From Candidatus Omnitrophota bacterium (GTDB lineage Bacteria; Omnitrophota; Gorgyraeia; Tantalellales; Tantalellaceae), in assembly GCA_015233235.1 (NCBI GenBank), contig JADFYD010000001.1, positions 43,909 to 88,575 of the forward strand: a DNA stretch of 44,667 nucleotides, read 5' to 3'. The position numbers and the translations under genes are program-made. The notes beneath the pieces are model-generated. The model searched no databases and was not told the origin of the DNA. It saw only the letters and a list, made by a program, of their open reading frames with translations. Shown one piece after another: positions 35,202 to 43,176 of this stretch; position 1 is the first letter of the stretch; every line of letters starts with the position of its first letter.

Positions 35202-38030
35202 TCAATTTTTCTTTATCGACTCGACGGTTCCTGAACACCTGGGGCAAAGATCGGGATATTCCGGTAACTTGCCTACTTCTTCCTGATAATTCCAGCACCT
35301 GGCGCATTTAGATCCGCGCGCAGAGTATACCGCGACCTTGATATCGGAGTTAGGTACGTTTGTCATCGTGTCAGAAGCACCGTGGGCGACCACATCAACC
35401 TGAGACACCCTAAAAATCAGCGGAAGAACACCGGCGTTCGCCGCCAGGAAAGCGAGAGTTTCGACCGAAGCGGAGGTAAACTCAAGCCGCGCGTCAAGAG
35501 GACTGCCTATTTCGCCCTTTGCCCTTTTTTCTTCCAAAAGCTTCATCGCAAAATCCCTGACTGAAAGCATTCGATCGAATTTCACGGAAATGCCGTTATC
35601 CTTCCATTCCTCTACACACTTCGACATATCCGGCCAATCCGCCATATGAACGCTTGCCTCTTTTCCTTTTACGGCGAAATTTTGCCACACTTCTTCCATC
35701 GTAAAAGAGAGTATGGGCGCCAGAAGCCTTACAAGCACGTCTAAAATATGGAAGATCGCCGTCTGGGCCGAACGCCTTTTCATACTGTCCTTCCCTTCCA
35801 CATACAGTATGTCTTTCAGAACATCCAGATAAAAATTGCTGACGTCCACAACACAAAAGTCATACACACGCCTGTACACCTTGTAGTATTCATGTTTGTC
35901 ATAGTACGACGTTACGTCCATAACCAGGGTAGAAAGACGCGCCAATATCCATCTGTCTATCTCGCACAACTTGTCATGCTGTATGGCGTTCTCTGAATGA
36001 TCAAAGTCATACAGGTTGCTGAGCAGGAACCTGAACGTGTTCCGTATCTTCCTGTAACCGTCAGCAAGCCTCGCGAGGATCTCATCGGAAATTTTGATAT
36101 CGCCTTCATAGTCGCTTGACGCGACCCAGAGCCTTAAAATATCCGCGCCATACTTTTTCATGATATCGAACGGGCTTATCACATTGCCCAGGGATTTAGA
36201 CATTTTTTTGCCTTCGCCATCAACGACAAAGCCGTGTGTTAGCACGGTTTTATAGGGCGCTTTTTTATTTATCGCCGTGCTTGTGATAAGCGCCGCCTGG
36301 AACCATCCGCGGTGCTGGTCGGAGCCTTCAAGGTAAAGGTCGGCGGGAAACCTGAGATCCGGATGCGCGTCGCCTATCGCCCTGTGGCTTACCCCGGAAT
36401 CGAACCATACATCCAAAATGTTCTCTTCCTTTTTAAACTCCGTGTTCCCGCATTTGTCGCAAGTTTTGCCATGCGGTATGAGTTCCGTCACGCTTTTCTC
36501 GAACCATACATCGGCACCCTGTTCTTTGGATAGTTCCGCGACACGCCTTATTATTTTTTCGTCGGTAAAGCTTGTACCGCATTTTACGCATTCAAAAGCG
36601 GGTATCGGAACACCCCAGTATCTTTGCCGCGAAAGACACCAATCGGGACGCGTTTCTATCATGGAACCGATCCGGTCGAGACCGACCGGCGGTACCCAGA
36701 TAACATCGTTACGGACTATATCCATCATACGGCCGCGCAAGCCTTCGTGGTCGATACTTAAAAACCATTGTTCGGTCGCCCTGAAAATTATCGGAGACTT
36801 GCATCTCCAGCAATGCGGATAAGAATGTTCGACCTTTTCAGAAAGTAGCAGCGTACCGTTCTCTTTCATCTTTTGGATTATCCCGTCATTTGCCGCGTAG
36901 ACATCCTGTCCTTCGAACGAGCCGGCCTCGCGCGTAAATCTGCCGCGATTATCCACTGGCATGAGCACAGGTAAATTATATTTTTTACCGGTATTGTAAT
37001 CGTCCTGCCCGTGGCCCGGCGCAGTATGGACGCAACCCGTCCCATCGTCTTTTGTCACATACTCGGCCAAAACGAGCCTTGCGGATCTGTCTATGAAAGG
37101 GTGTTTTGCGTTTTTCACCGCAGAAATTATTTCTGATCCTTTAGTTTTTTTCAGGACCGTATAATCTGCGATGCCAAACCTTTTCATAAGGTATTCAACC
37201 CGCTCGGAAAGAGCCACCCACACTTCGCCGTTCGCCGACACATAAGAATATTCGAGATCCGGATGCAGAGCCACGGCGACATTTGCGATGAGTGTCCATG
37301 GCGTCGTCGTCCACACCAGGAAAAACAGAGGTTTCCCTTCATATCTCTCGGTAGAAGAGAACTTCACGTAGATCGACGGCGAAAGTTTGTCCTCGTATTC
37401 GACTTCGGCTTCGGCAAGAGCCGTTTCGCAAGTTTTGCACCAATTAACGGGTTTTAAACCCTTGTAGATGTAACCGCCCTTAAAAAGATCCGCCAAAGCG
37501 CTCAAAATACTCGATTCGTACTCTTTTGTCAGCGTTAGGTATGGGTTATCCCACTCGGCAAATACCCCCAGTCTTTTGAATTCATCTGACTGGATCTTGA
37601 CGAACTTCATCGCGTAATGGTAAGCCTTTTTCCTGAATGTTACCTGATCAATATCGTCCTTAGTCATGTTAAGTTCTTTAAAAAGCTGATGCTCGACGGG
37701 TAGACCGTGACAGTCCCACCCGGGAATGTATCTGGCGTAAAAACCTTTCATCGAAGCGTATTTCACGACCATGTCTTTCAATATTTTATTCAGCACATGG
37801 CCCATGTGTATGTGTCCGTTGGCGTAAGGCGGGCCATCGTGAAGAAAATAGGTTTTAGCCGGTTTCCCGCCGGGCGCTTTCTTCGCCAGAATATTCTTGT
37901 AAACACTCTCTTTTTCCCATACCTTGAGTATTTCAGGCTCTCTCTGTGCAAGATCCGCCTTCATACTAAAAGACGTCTTGGGCAGGTTAAGCGTGTCTTT
38001 GTAGTTGGGCTTGTTCTCTCCGGGTGTCAT
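35202..38030 (-). CDS. ileS: Isoleucyl-tRNA synthetase (type 1, C-terminal zinc finger)
   Basis: 942 aa with PYANGHIHMGH (HIGH), KMSKS and C-terminal CARCWNY...CPRC. Confidence 0.97.
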   Translation of the reverse strand: MTPGENKPNYKDTLNLPKTSFSMKADLAQREPEILKVWEKESVYKNILAKKAPGGKPAKTYFLHDGPPYANGHIHMGHVLNKILKDMVVKYASMKGFYARYIPGWDCHGLPVEHQLFKELNMTKDDIDQVTFRKKAYHYAMKFVKIQSDEFKRLGVFAEWDNPYLTLTKEYESSILSALADLFKGGYIYKGLKPVNWCKTCETALAEAEVEYEDKLSPSIYVKFSSTERYEGKPLFFLVWTTTPWTLIANVAVALHPDLEYSYVSANGEVWVALSERVEYLMKRFGIADYTVLKKTKGSEIISAVKNAKHPFIDRSARLVLAEYVTKDDGTGCVHTAPGHGQDDYNTGKKYNLPVLMPVDNRGRFTREAGSFEGQDVYAANDGIIQKMKENGTLLLSEKVEHSYPHCWRCKSPIIFRATEQWFLSIDHEGLRGRMMDIVRNDVIWVPPVGLDRIGSMIETRPDWCLSRQRYWGVPIPAFECVKCGTSFTDEKIIRRVAELSKEQGADVWFEKSVTELIPHGKTCDKCGNTEFKKEENILDVWFDSGVSHRAIGDAHPDLRFPADLYLEGSDQHRGWFQAALITSTAINKKAPYKTVLTHGFVVDGEGKKMSKSLGNVISPFDIMKKYGADILRLWVASSDYEGDIKISDEILARLADGYRKIRNTFRFLLSNLYDFDHSENAIQHDKLCEIDRWILARLSTLVMDVTSYYDKHEYYKVYRRVYDFCVVDVSNFYLDVLKDILYVEGKDSMKRRSAQTAIFHILDVLVRLLAPILSFTMEEVWQNFAVKGKEASVHMADWPDMSKCVEEWKDNGISVKFDRMLSVRDFAMKLLEEKRAKGEIGSPLDARLEFTSASVETLAFLAANAGVLPLIFRVSQVDVVAHGASDTMTNVPNSDIKVAVYSARGSKCARCWNYQEEVGKLPEYPDLCPRCSGTVESIKKN

Positions 38031-38056
38031 AACCTTCCTTTTTCTTTAAATGTAAC

Positions 38057-38076
38057 GGGCACCCTAAAGGGTGCCC
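38057..38076. other. Stem-loop GGGCACCC-taaa-GGGTGCCC in the mtnP-ileS spacer
   Basis: Perfect 8-bp GC-rich stem. On the minus strand it lies between the heptamer repeat and the ileS RBS (AAGGAAGG). Confidence 0.7.
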
Positions 38077-38080
38077 TACA

Positions 38081-38105
38081 AACTTTGAACTCTGAACTTT
38101 GAACT
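38081..38105. repeat. Heptamer tandem repeat AACTTTG-AACTCTG-AACTTTG-AACT, overlapping the mtnP stop codon
   Basis: Read directly from the sequence. The minus strand reads TAG-TTCAAAG-TTCAGAG-TTCAAAG-TT. Confidence 0.85.
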
Positions 38106-38967
38106 AAATAAATCCCTCAATAATCGGCTTTAGCTTTTTCAATGTTTTCGCCGGAATATTCTCTTTCCGCGTAACTATAGATGTTCGTAAAGCGTTACAG
38201 CAGTCGCACGGTCCCATTTTGCCGATATTTTCCAAAGTATTGGTCAGCATTTTTTTGGCGTGCATCACGTTCTTATTTAAATTTTCGATTATTATGTCAA
38301 CTGTAACGGTTGCAAAATCCGGATGTTCATACCAGCAATCGTAATCTGTGACCATTGCTATCGTGGCATAACACATACCCGCTTCTCTGGCGAGTTTCGC
38401 CTCAGACAAATTCGTCATGCCGATCACATCGACTCCCCAGCTCCTGTAAAGATTCGATTCGGCTTTTGTAGAGAACGCCGGGCCTTCCATATTTATGTAT
38501 GTTCCGCCGTTACGAAGCGTGATACCGGAATTTTTGTTTGTATCATATATGAGATTGCGTAAAGACGTACAGACCGGTTCCCCGAACGGAATATGCGCAA
38601 CCATGCCGTCACCGAAAAAAGTCATCTTGCGGGCCTGATTCGTTCGGTCGATGAACTGATTACAAAGCACAATATCGAGCGGTTTCAACTCTTCTTTCAA
38701 ACTGCCTACGGCAGAAACCGATATTACAGCGTCGCAGCCGAGCTTTTTCAGCGCATAAATATTGGCGCGGCTATTGACCTCGGACGGCAGTATCGTATGC
38801 GCCTCGCCATGCCTCGGGATGAACACCACATTTTGACCGCACATTTTGGCGACAACAAGCTTTCCCGAAGGTTTGCCAAAAGGCGTCGTGACGCTCTTTC
38901 TGGCTGAGATCTTCGCGTTCTCTATCTTATAAAAAGCGCTTCCACCGATTATGCCTATACGTTTCAT
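38104..38967 (-). CDS. mtnP: S-methyl-5'-thioadenosine phosphorylase
   Basis: 287 aa PNP family 2: IGIIGGS, IPRHG..H, SAVGSL, MEGPAFST.AES, GMT..SEAKLAREAGMCYA...VTDYDCW. Confidence 0.85.
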   Translation of the reverse strand: MKRIGIIGGSAFYKIENAKISARKSVTTPFGKPSGKLVVAKMCGQNVVFIPRHGEAHTILPSEVNSRANIYALKKLGCDAVISVSAVGSLKEELKPLDIVLCNQFIDRTNQARKMTFFGDGMVAHIPFGEPVCTSLRNLIYDTNKNSGITLRNGGTYINMEGPAFSTKAESNLYRSWGVDVIGMTNLSEAKLAREAGMCYATIAMVTDYDCWYEHPDFATVTVDIIIENLNKNVMHAKKMLTNTLENIGKMGPCDCCNALRTSIVTRKENIPAKTLKKLKPIIEGFI

Positions 38968-39194
38968 AACCCCAGTACCTCCAGTATTTTATTACGGCTG
39001 GTTTCTCCGGAAAGGATCACCACGCGGCTCTTGGGTACATTGTAGCGGCAGGCGACAAGTTCGACAAGTTCTTTATTAGCTTTACCCTTATCAGGCGCGG
39101 AGTGCAAGTACGCTTTCAAATTCTCTTTATCCGGCACTAATTCACTTCTTGACGACCTGGGTATGACTTTAACTGTCAGCTTCAAAAAAAGCAC
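38964..39194 (-). CDS. yggU: DUF167 (YggU) family protein
   Basis: 76 aa: VKVIPRSSRSEL...APDKGKANKELVELVA..VPKS.V.I.SGETSR.K. Confidence 0.8.
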   Translation of the reverse strand: MLFLKLTVKVIPRSSRSELVPDKENLKAYLHSAPDKGKANKELVELVACRYNVPKSRVVILSGETSRNKILEVLGL

Positions 39195-39206
39195 CGCCCC
39201 TCTTTT

Positions 39207-39506
39207 TTATCCGCCAAGGCGTGCCGCCATCGACAACAAGACCCCGACCATAAAGTTTTTCAGGAATGAGAGCAGTATGAACGCCAGGATAGGAGAAAAA
39301 TCTATTGAACCCACCTGTAACGGCAGCCTTCTGAACGGAGCGAGCATCGGTTCAGTCACGGAGTATATGACCCGCACGATCTCATTATACGGATCGGCGT
39401 TAACCCAAGAAACAATTATGCGCGCTATAAGAAGCACATAAACCACATTACAGAGCAGTGATACCAAAGCCGCAAGGCTTGAAAATAGTTGTGCCAATAT
39501 AAACAT
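39207..39506 (-). CDS. yggT: YggT family membrane protein
   Basis: ARIIVSWV..DPYN....IY.VTEP.L.PFRR is the YggT signature. I chose the ATG at 39504-39506 (MFILAQ) to avoid overlapping proC. The track ORF extends to 39551. Confidence 0.8.
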   Translation of the reverse strand: MFILAQLFSSLAALVSLLCNVVYVLLIARIIVSWVNADPYNEIVRVIYSVTEPMLAPFRRLPLQVGSIDFSPILAFILLSFLKNFMVGVLLSMAARLGG

Positions 39507-39510
39507 ATAC

Positions 39511-40308
39511 TCACTCCTCTGAAAGCTCTCGCGACCGTTTTTTTGCAGCAAGCACGGCCTCTTCGACGATCACGGAAAAATTACTTTCTTCAAAGATCTT
39601 AAGCGCGGCCTCGGTCGTGCCGCCTTTTGACGTGACTTTTTTGGCCAATTCATGCGGATTCAAATGCTCTTCTTTCATAAGGGTGACAGCTGTGCCGTAC
39701 AATGTTTCAACTACAAGTTTACGCGCGACTTCCTCGCTAAGGCCGGATTTGATACCGGCATCCATCATAGATTTGACGAAATGAAAAAGATACGCGGGTC
39801 CGCTTCCCGAAAGAGCCGTGACAATGTCAAAAAATTCTTCGTCTACCACGACGACTTTTCCGATGCACTGAAACAGTTTTTTTATAAAGGGTTTATTTTT
39901 AACGCCCGGGCCAAATGCGACAGCCGTCATGCTTTTCGAAAAACGCGCGTTCATGTTAGGCATTGCCCTGGCAACCGAAACTTCGCCGCCGAACGCGCCG
40001 GATATTTTATTAATTTTCACGCCGGCCATGATCGAAATGATCGTCTTGCCAGACACTTTGCCTTGCATCTCTTCGCGAAGGGCCGCGAAATCCTGCGGTT
40101 TTATCGCGAGGAGTAAACTGTCTGCCTTTTCCAGTAGTTGGTCGAGATTTACCTCCGCACACCCTATATCGCGGATCGCTCCGCCTGTTTTTTCGGGCAT
40201 CTTATCAAACACAAGGATATCGGAAGCGTTCATCACATGTTTTTTGACGAGCCCTTCCGCAACCGCCGAGCCCATATTACCGCATCCGATTATGCCTAAT
40301 TTTTTCAT
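39511..40308 (-). CDS. proC: Pyrroline-5-carboxylate reductase
   Basis: 265 aa with the MKKLGIIGCGNMGSA Rossmann motif, SGSGPAY and SKGGTTEAAL. Confidence 0.9.
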   Translation of the reverse strand: MKKLGIIGCGNMGSAVAEGLVKKHVMNASDILVFDKMPEKTGGAIRDIGCAEVNLDQLLEKADSLLLAIKPQDFAALREEMQGKVSGKTIISIMAGVKINKISGAFGGEVSVARAMPNMNARFSKSMTAVAFGPGVKNKPFIKKLFQCIGKVVVVDEEFFDIVTALSGSGPAYLFHFVKSMMDAGIKSGLSEEVARKLVVETLYGTAVTLMKEEHLNPHELAKKVTSKGGTTEAALKIFEESNFSVIVEEAVLAAKKRSRELSEE

Positions 40309-40323
40309 TGTAATTTACGTCCC

Positions 40324-41421
40324 TTAAAAATATGAGTCGAAAAAGTCTATCGCTTTAGTGATTAATTTATCAACCGGGTTCTTATCGCCAAGCAGGCCCT
40401 TTTGTTCCTGTTCAAGGATATCAAGCACACCCAGGCAGCCCGTATAAGCGATGCGCTCAATGGGAAGGTTTTCCTCAGGTTTATTTATGCAAAGGGCGGT
40501 CACAACGGGGATATTTATTGATTTCTCGATCTTTTCGGCAACGCCATCCACTCCCCACTCGCAAAGCACGGCGACCTTTTTCACATTTTTCCAGTCCGGG
40601 AAATCCTGCATAAGGGATACTACTTTGTCAAGGCACAAGGTCCCCGGGTCCTCTACTATCCGATCCATATCCTCGGCCCCGAAGGGGAGGACCTTGCAAT
40701 TTTTGAGTAGATTTTCGCTGAAAAGCATTACCTGCATCAATCCTCTATGCGCCATAAGGAAGAGAACACCGTCATGCATATCTTCGGCAGTGAGCACACG
40801 TTTGGCGTTTGCGAGCCCCGAATAAAACGCTTTGCTCCGCGTTAGCCCCGCACCAAAAACGCATTTGTCCAGGTTCTCAATAACCGAGGAATTTATGAGT
40901 ATATTGTCCAGCCGTATGTCAAGTTTAACGCCCGTTAGCCCGAGAGGATTATGTATACCGCCTTCCCCGTCAACAGCATATTCCCTTACACGTTCTTCGA
41001 GTACTTTTTTGCCGGCGGGAAGCTTAAAGATGGCGCCTGTTTTCCGACACTTTGTAATATCGCCATAATTAATCTCCCGGCCATACTTGGACAAAAGAAG
41101 TGTCGCGCCCGACGAAATATTCTCGACCGACGGGGAAGCAGCAGTCACATACACTTCCTTAATATGGCATTTAAGGGCCCTGTTGAATTTTGTAATGACC
41201 TCGGCGATGCTTTCGGTGGCACCATCAAGATCTTTCACCACACCGTTCGGTATGGCATTAGAATGTACCATGCAGAAATCCAAAAGCTCAAAGTTCCCCT
41301 TCTTCCGCCATGAAGCGGCCGCTGCGGCGATAAAATCGGTCTTAAAATCAAGAACGGCGAACACTTTATTAGTTTTGCTCAACAATCTCATATCTCTCCC
41401 GCCATTTGTTGTATACGTCAT
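40324..41421 (-). CDS. ftsA: FtsA-like actin-fold protein with degenerate nucleotide-binding motifs
   Basis: It aligns with FtsA over the 1A/1C/2A region (GVVKDLDGATESI, IHNPLGLTGVKLD, ENLDKCVFGAGL) and lies directly after ftsQ. An alternative start is the ATG at 41389-41391, which has a GGGAGAG RBS. Confidence 0.7.
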   Translation of the reverse strand: MTYTTNGGRDMRLLSKTNKVFAVLDFKTDFIAAAAASWRKKGNFELLDFCMVHSNAIPNGVVKDLDGATESIAEVITKFNRALKCHIKEVYVTAASPSVENISSGATLLLSKYGREINYGDITKCRKTGAIFKLPAGKKVLEERVREYAVDGEGGIHNPLGLTGVKLDIRLDNILINSSVIENLDKCVFGAGLTRSKAFYSGLANAKRVLTAEDMHDGVLFLMAHRGLMQVMLFSENLLKNCKVLPFGAEDMDRIVEDPGTLCLDKVVSLMQDFPDWKNVKKVAVLCEWGVDGVAEKIEKSINIPVVTALCINKPEENLPIERIAYTGCLGVLDILEQEQKGLLGDKNPVDKLITKAIDFFDSYF

Positions 41422-42212
41422 TTTTTAGGCGCGATAACTATCTTTTCGAACCGGAGATCAATATACTCGATACTTTCGCTGTTGATCTTCGGATCCTTTA
41501 GTATTTCTTCCAGCATCCCGATCTTCGATTCAAAATCGGCAAGTCTTATTTTAACAGATATGCCCGATATTTTTAAAACAATATTTTCCCGGCCGCTTAC
41601 ATCGATCGACTCGACAAACCCTTTACCCCTGAACTGCACCCTTCTCACTATGTCCAGAAGGTCAAGAGCTCCCATAAGGGCCTGGGACCTGACTTTCTCA
41701 CCGACCGACGGTGGCCTAGATAAATTCACACCCAATATTTTTACGAGACCTTTTTTACTGCAGGTTTTATCAAGGGCTATGCCCTCATCATCTATCGCTA
41801 TACCGTCTCCGTAGTTTATCACTGCCGCCGGTATACGCGAAACGATGTCCACATGCAAAACGTCCGGCATGACCCTTTTAACGATAACGTCCTTCGAATC
41901 GGGATAATCCTTGATTATCGCGTTCCCGATCTGTTTCAGGTCGACTGTAAAGATATTCGTCCCGGCATATTCGCTGCGGAGTTTTTCCAGACGCGCCGCA
42001 GTCAAATCACCGCAGGATTTATTGACAACGACCTGTTTAATTGCGAAATAATCCGAAAACATGAGGAAATTCTTGAACGCCAACACACCACCCGCAAGAA
42101 ACACCATCACAATGATACAGAAAAGAACGGCCCTGCCGTCCACCATAGACAGAAGGTCGAAGGTCGCGCCTCGCTCCGCGTTTTTCTTATTCGGATTTTT
42201 TTTACGTGCCAC
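41418..42212 (-). CDS. ftsQ: Cell division protein FtsQ (POTRA domain)
   Basis: 264 aa with an N-terminal TM helix then a POTRA-like segment (FAIKQVVVN...). It has a GTG start with an AGGAGAAG RBS and sits in the ddl-ftsQ-ftsA order. Confidence 0.8.
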   Translation of the reverse strand: MARKKNPNKKNAERGATFDLLSMVDGRAVLFCIIVMVFLAGGVLAFKNFLMFSDYFAIKQVVVNKSCGDLTAARLEKLRSEYAGTNIFTVDLKQIGNAIIKDYPDSKDVIVKRVMPDVLHVDIVSRIPAAVINYGDGIAIDDEGIALDKTCSKKGLVKILGVNLSRPPSVGEKVRSQALMGALDLLDIVRRVQFRGKGFVESIDVSGRENIVLKISGISVKIRLADFESKIGMLEEILKDPKINSESIEYIDLRFEKIVIAPKK

Positions 42213-43176
42213 GTTCTTCTCCTAGGCTACCATGGGGATATTCACGCGCGCCACTCTCGTCAATCGCCATGATCAAGATCTTTCGGCATAACTCGGGAAA
42301 AGTTATACCTGCGGCCTTTGCCGCCATCGGTAAAAGGCTTTTCTCCGTGAACCCGGGAATGGTGTTCACTTCGAGAACATACATATCGTTCTTGTCGTCA
42401 AGCCTTATATCTACCCGGGACATATGTTTACAACCCAGCGCCTTATGGGCACGGATAGCAAGGTCCTGGGCTTTCGCGGAAATCGATCCGTCAAGTTGCG
42501 CCGGGACGATATATTTTGTCTTACCGCTTAAATACTTCGAGTGAAAATCATAGTACCCATCTTCAGGCACGATCTCAACGACAGGTAAAGCTTTTTCATC
42601 AAGAATGCCCACGGTAAGCTCCCTGCCACCGATATATTCCTCGACAAGCGCGTCACCGTCATAAGCACGCGTTGCAAGGACCGCTTTTACCGCGTCATCT
42701 TTTGTTTCACAAATAGCTATGCCAATGCTGGAACCTTCAAACTGTGGTTTAACAACACACGGTACGTTGATATTCCGCGCGTCGACTTTTTCGTTCCTTT
42801 TTACGACAACAAAACCCGGAGTACTGACTGATCGTTCCACAAACTTATATTTCGACCGTATCTTATCCAGTGCCAGATTTGAAGCCGTTTTGTCGGAACC
42901 GGTGAATATGATATTGTTTTCTTTCAACAACCCCTGTATGAACCCATCTTCACCATACTTGCCGTGTAAGGCTAAAAATGCGAGATCTATGCCCAAAGAA
43001 CCGATCTTCCCGAAACTTTCTTCGGTAAGATCGACGAACTTCACATCGACCCCCGCCCCCTTCAAAGCGTTAAATACAGCCGCGCCGCTTTTCAGGCTTA
43101 CTTCTCTTTCGGTCGAAGCGCCGCCTGCCAAAACAGCGATCTTGTATTGTTTTAGTCTGTCCATACCGTGCATCAT
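42202..43176 (-). CDS. ddl: D-alanine--D-alanine ligase
   Basis: 324 aa ATP-grasp protein: IAVLAGG.S.EREVSL.SG, HG..GEDG..QG, VLEVNT.PG.T. Confidence 0.95.
   Translation of the reverse strand: MMHGMDRLKQYKIAVLAGGASTEREVSLKSGAAVFNALKGAGVDVKFVDLTEESFGKIGSLGIDLAFLALHGKYGEDGFIQGLLKENNIIFTGSDKTASNLALDKIRSKYKFVERSVSTPGFVVVKRNEKVDARNINVPCVVKPQFEGSSIGIAICETKDDAVKAVLATRAYDGDALVEEYIGGRELTVGILDEKALPVVEIVPEDGYYDFHSKYLSGKTKYIVPAQLDGSISAKAQDLAIRAHKALGCKHMSRVDIRLDDKNDMYVLEVNTIPGFTEKSLLPMAAKAAGITFPELCRKILIMAIDESGAREYPHGSLGEERGT

Noticed and set aside
34696-35307. Long forms of lspA (203 aa), and likewise gmhA (to 9598), yggT (to 39551), pilT (to 24088) and Memo (to 16921).
   Set aside because: The N-terminal extensions overlap the upstream gene or lack an RBS. 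Internal ATG or GTG starts have good SD sequences and match the family N-termini. The shorter coordinates are reported.
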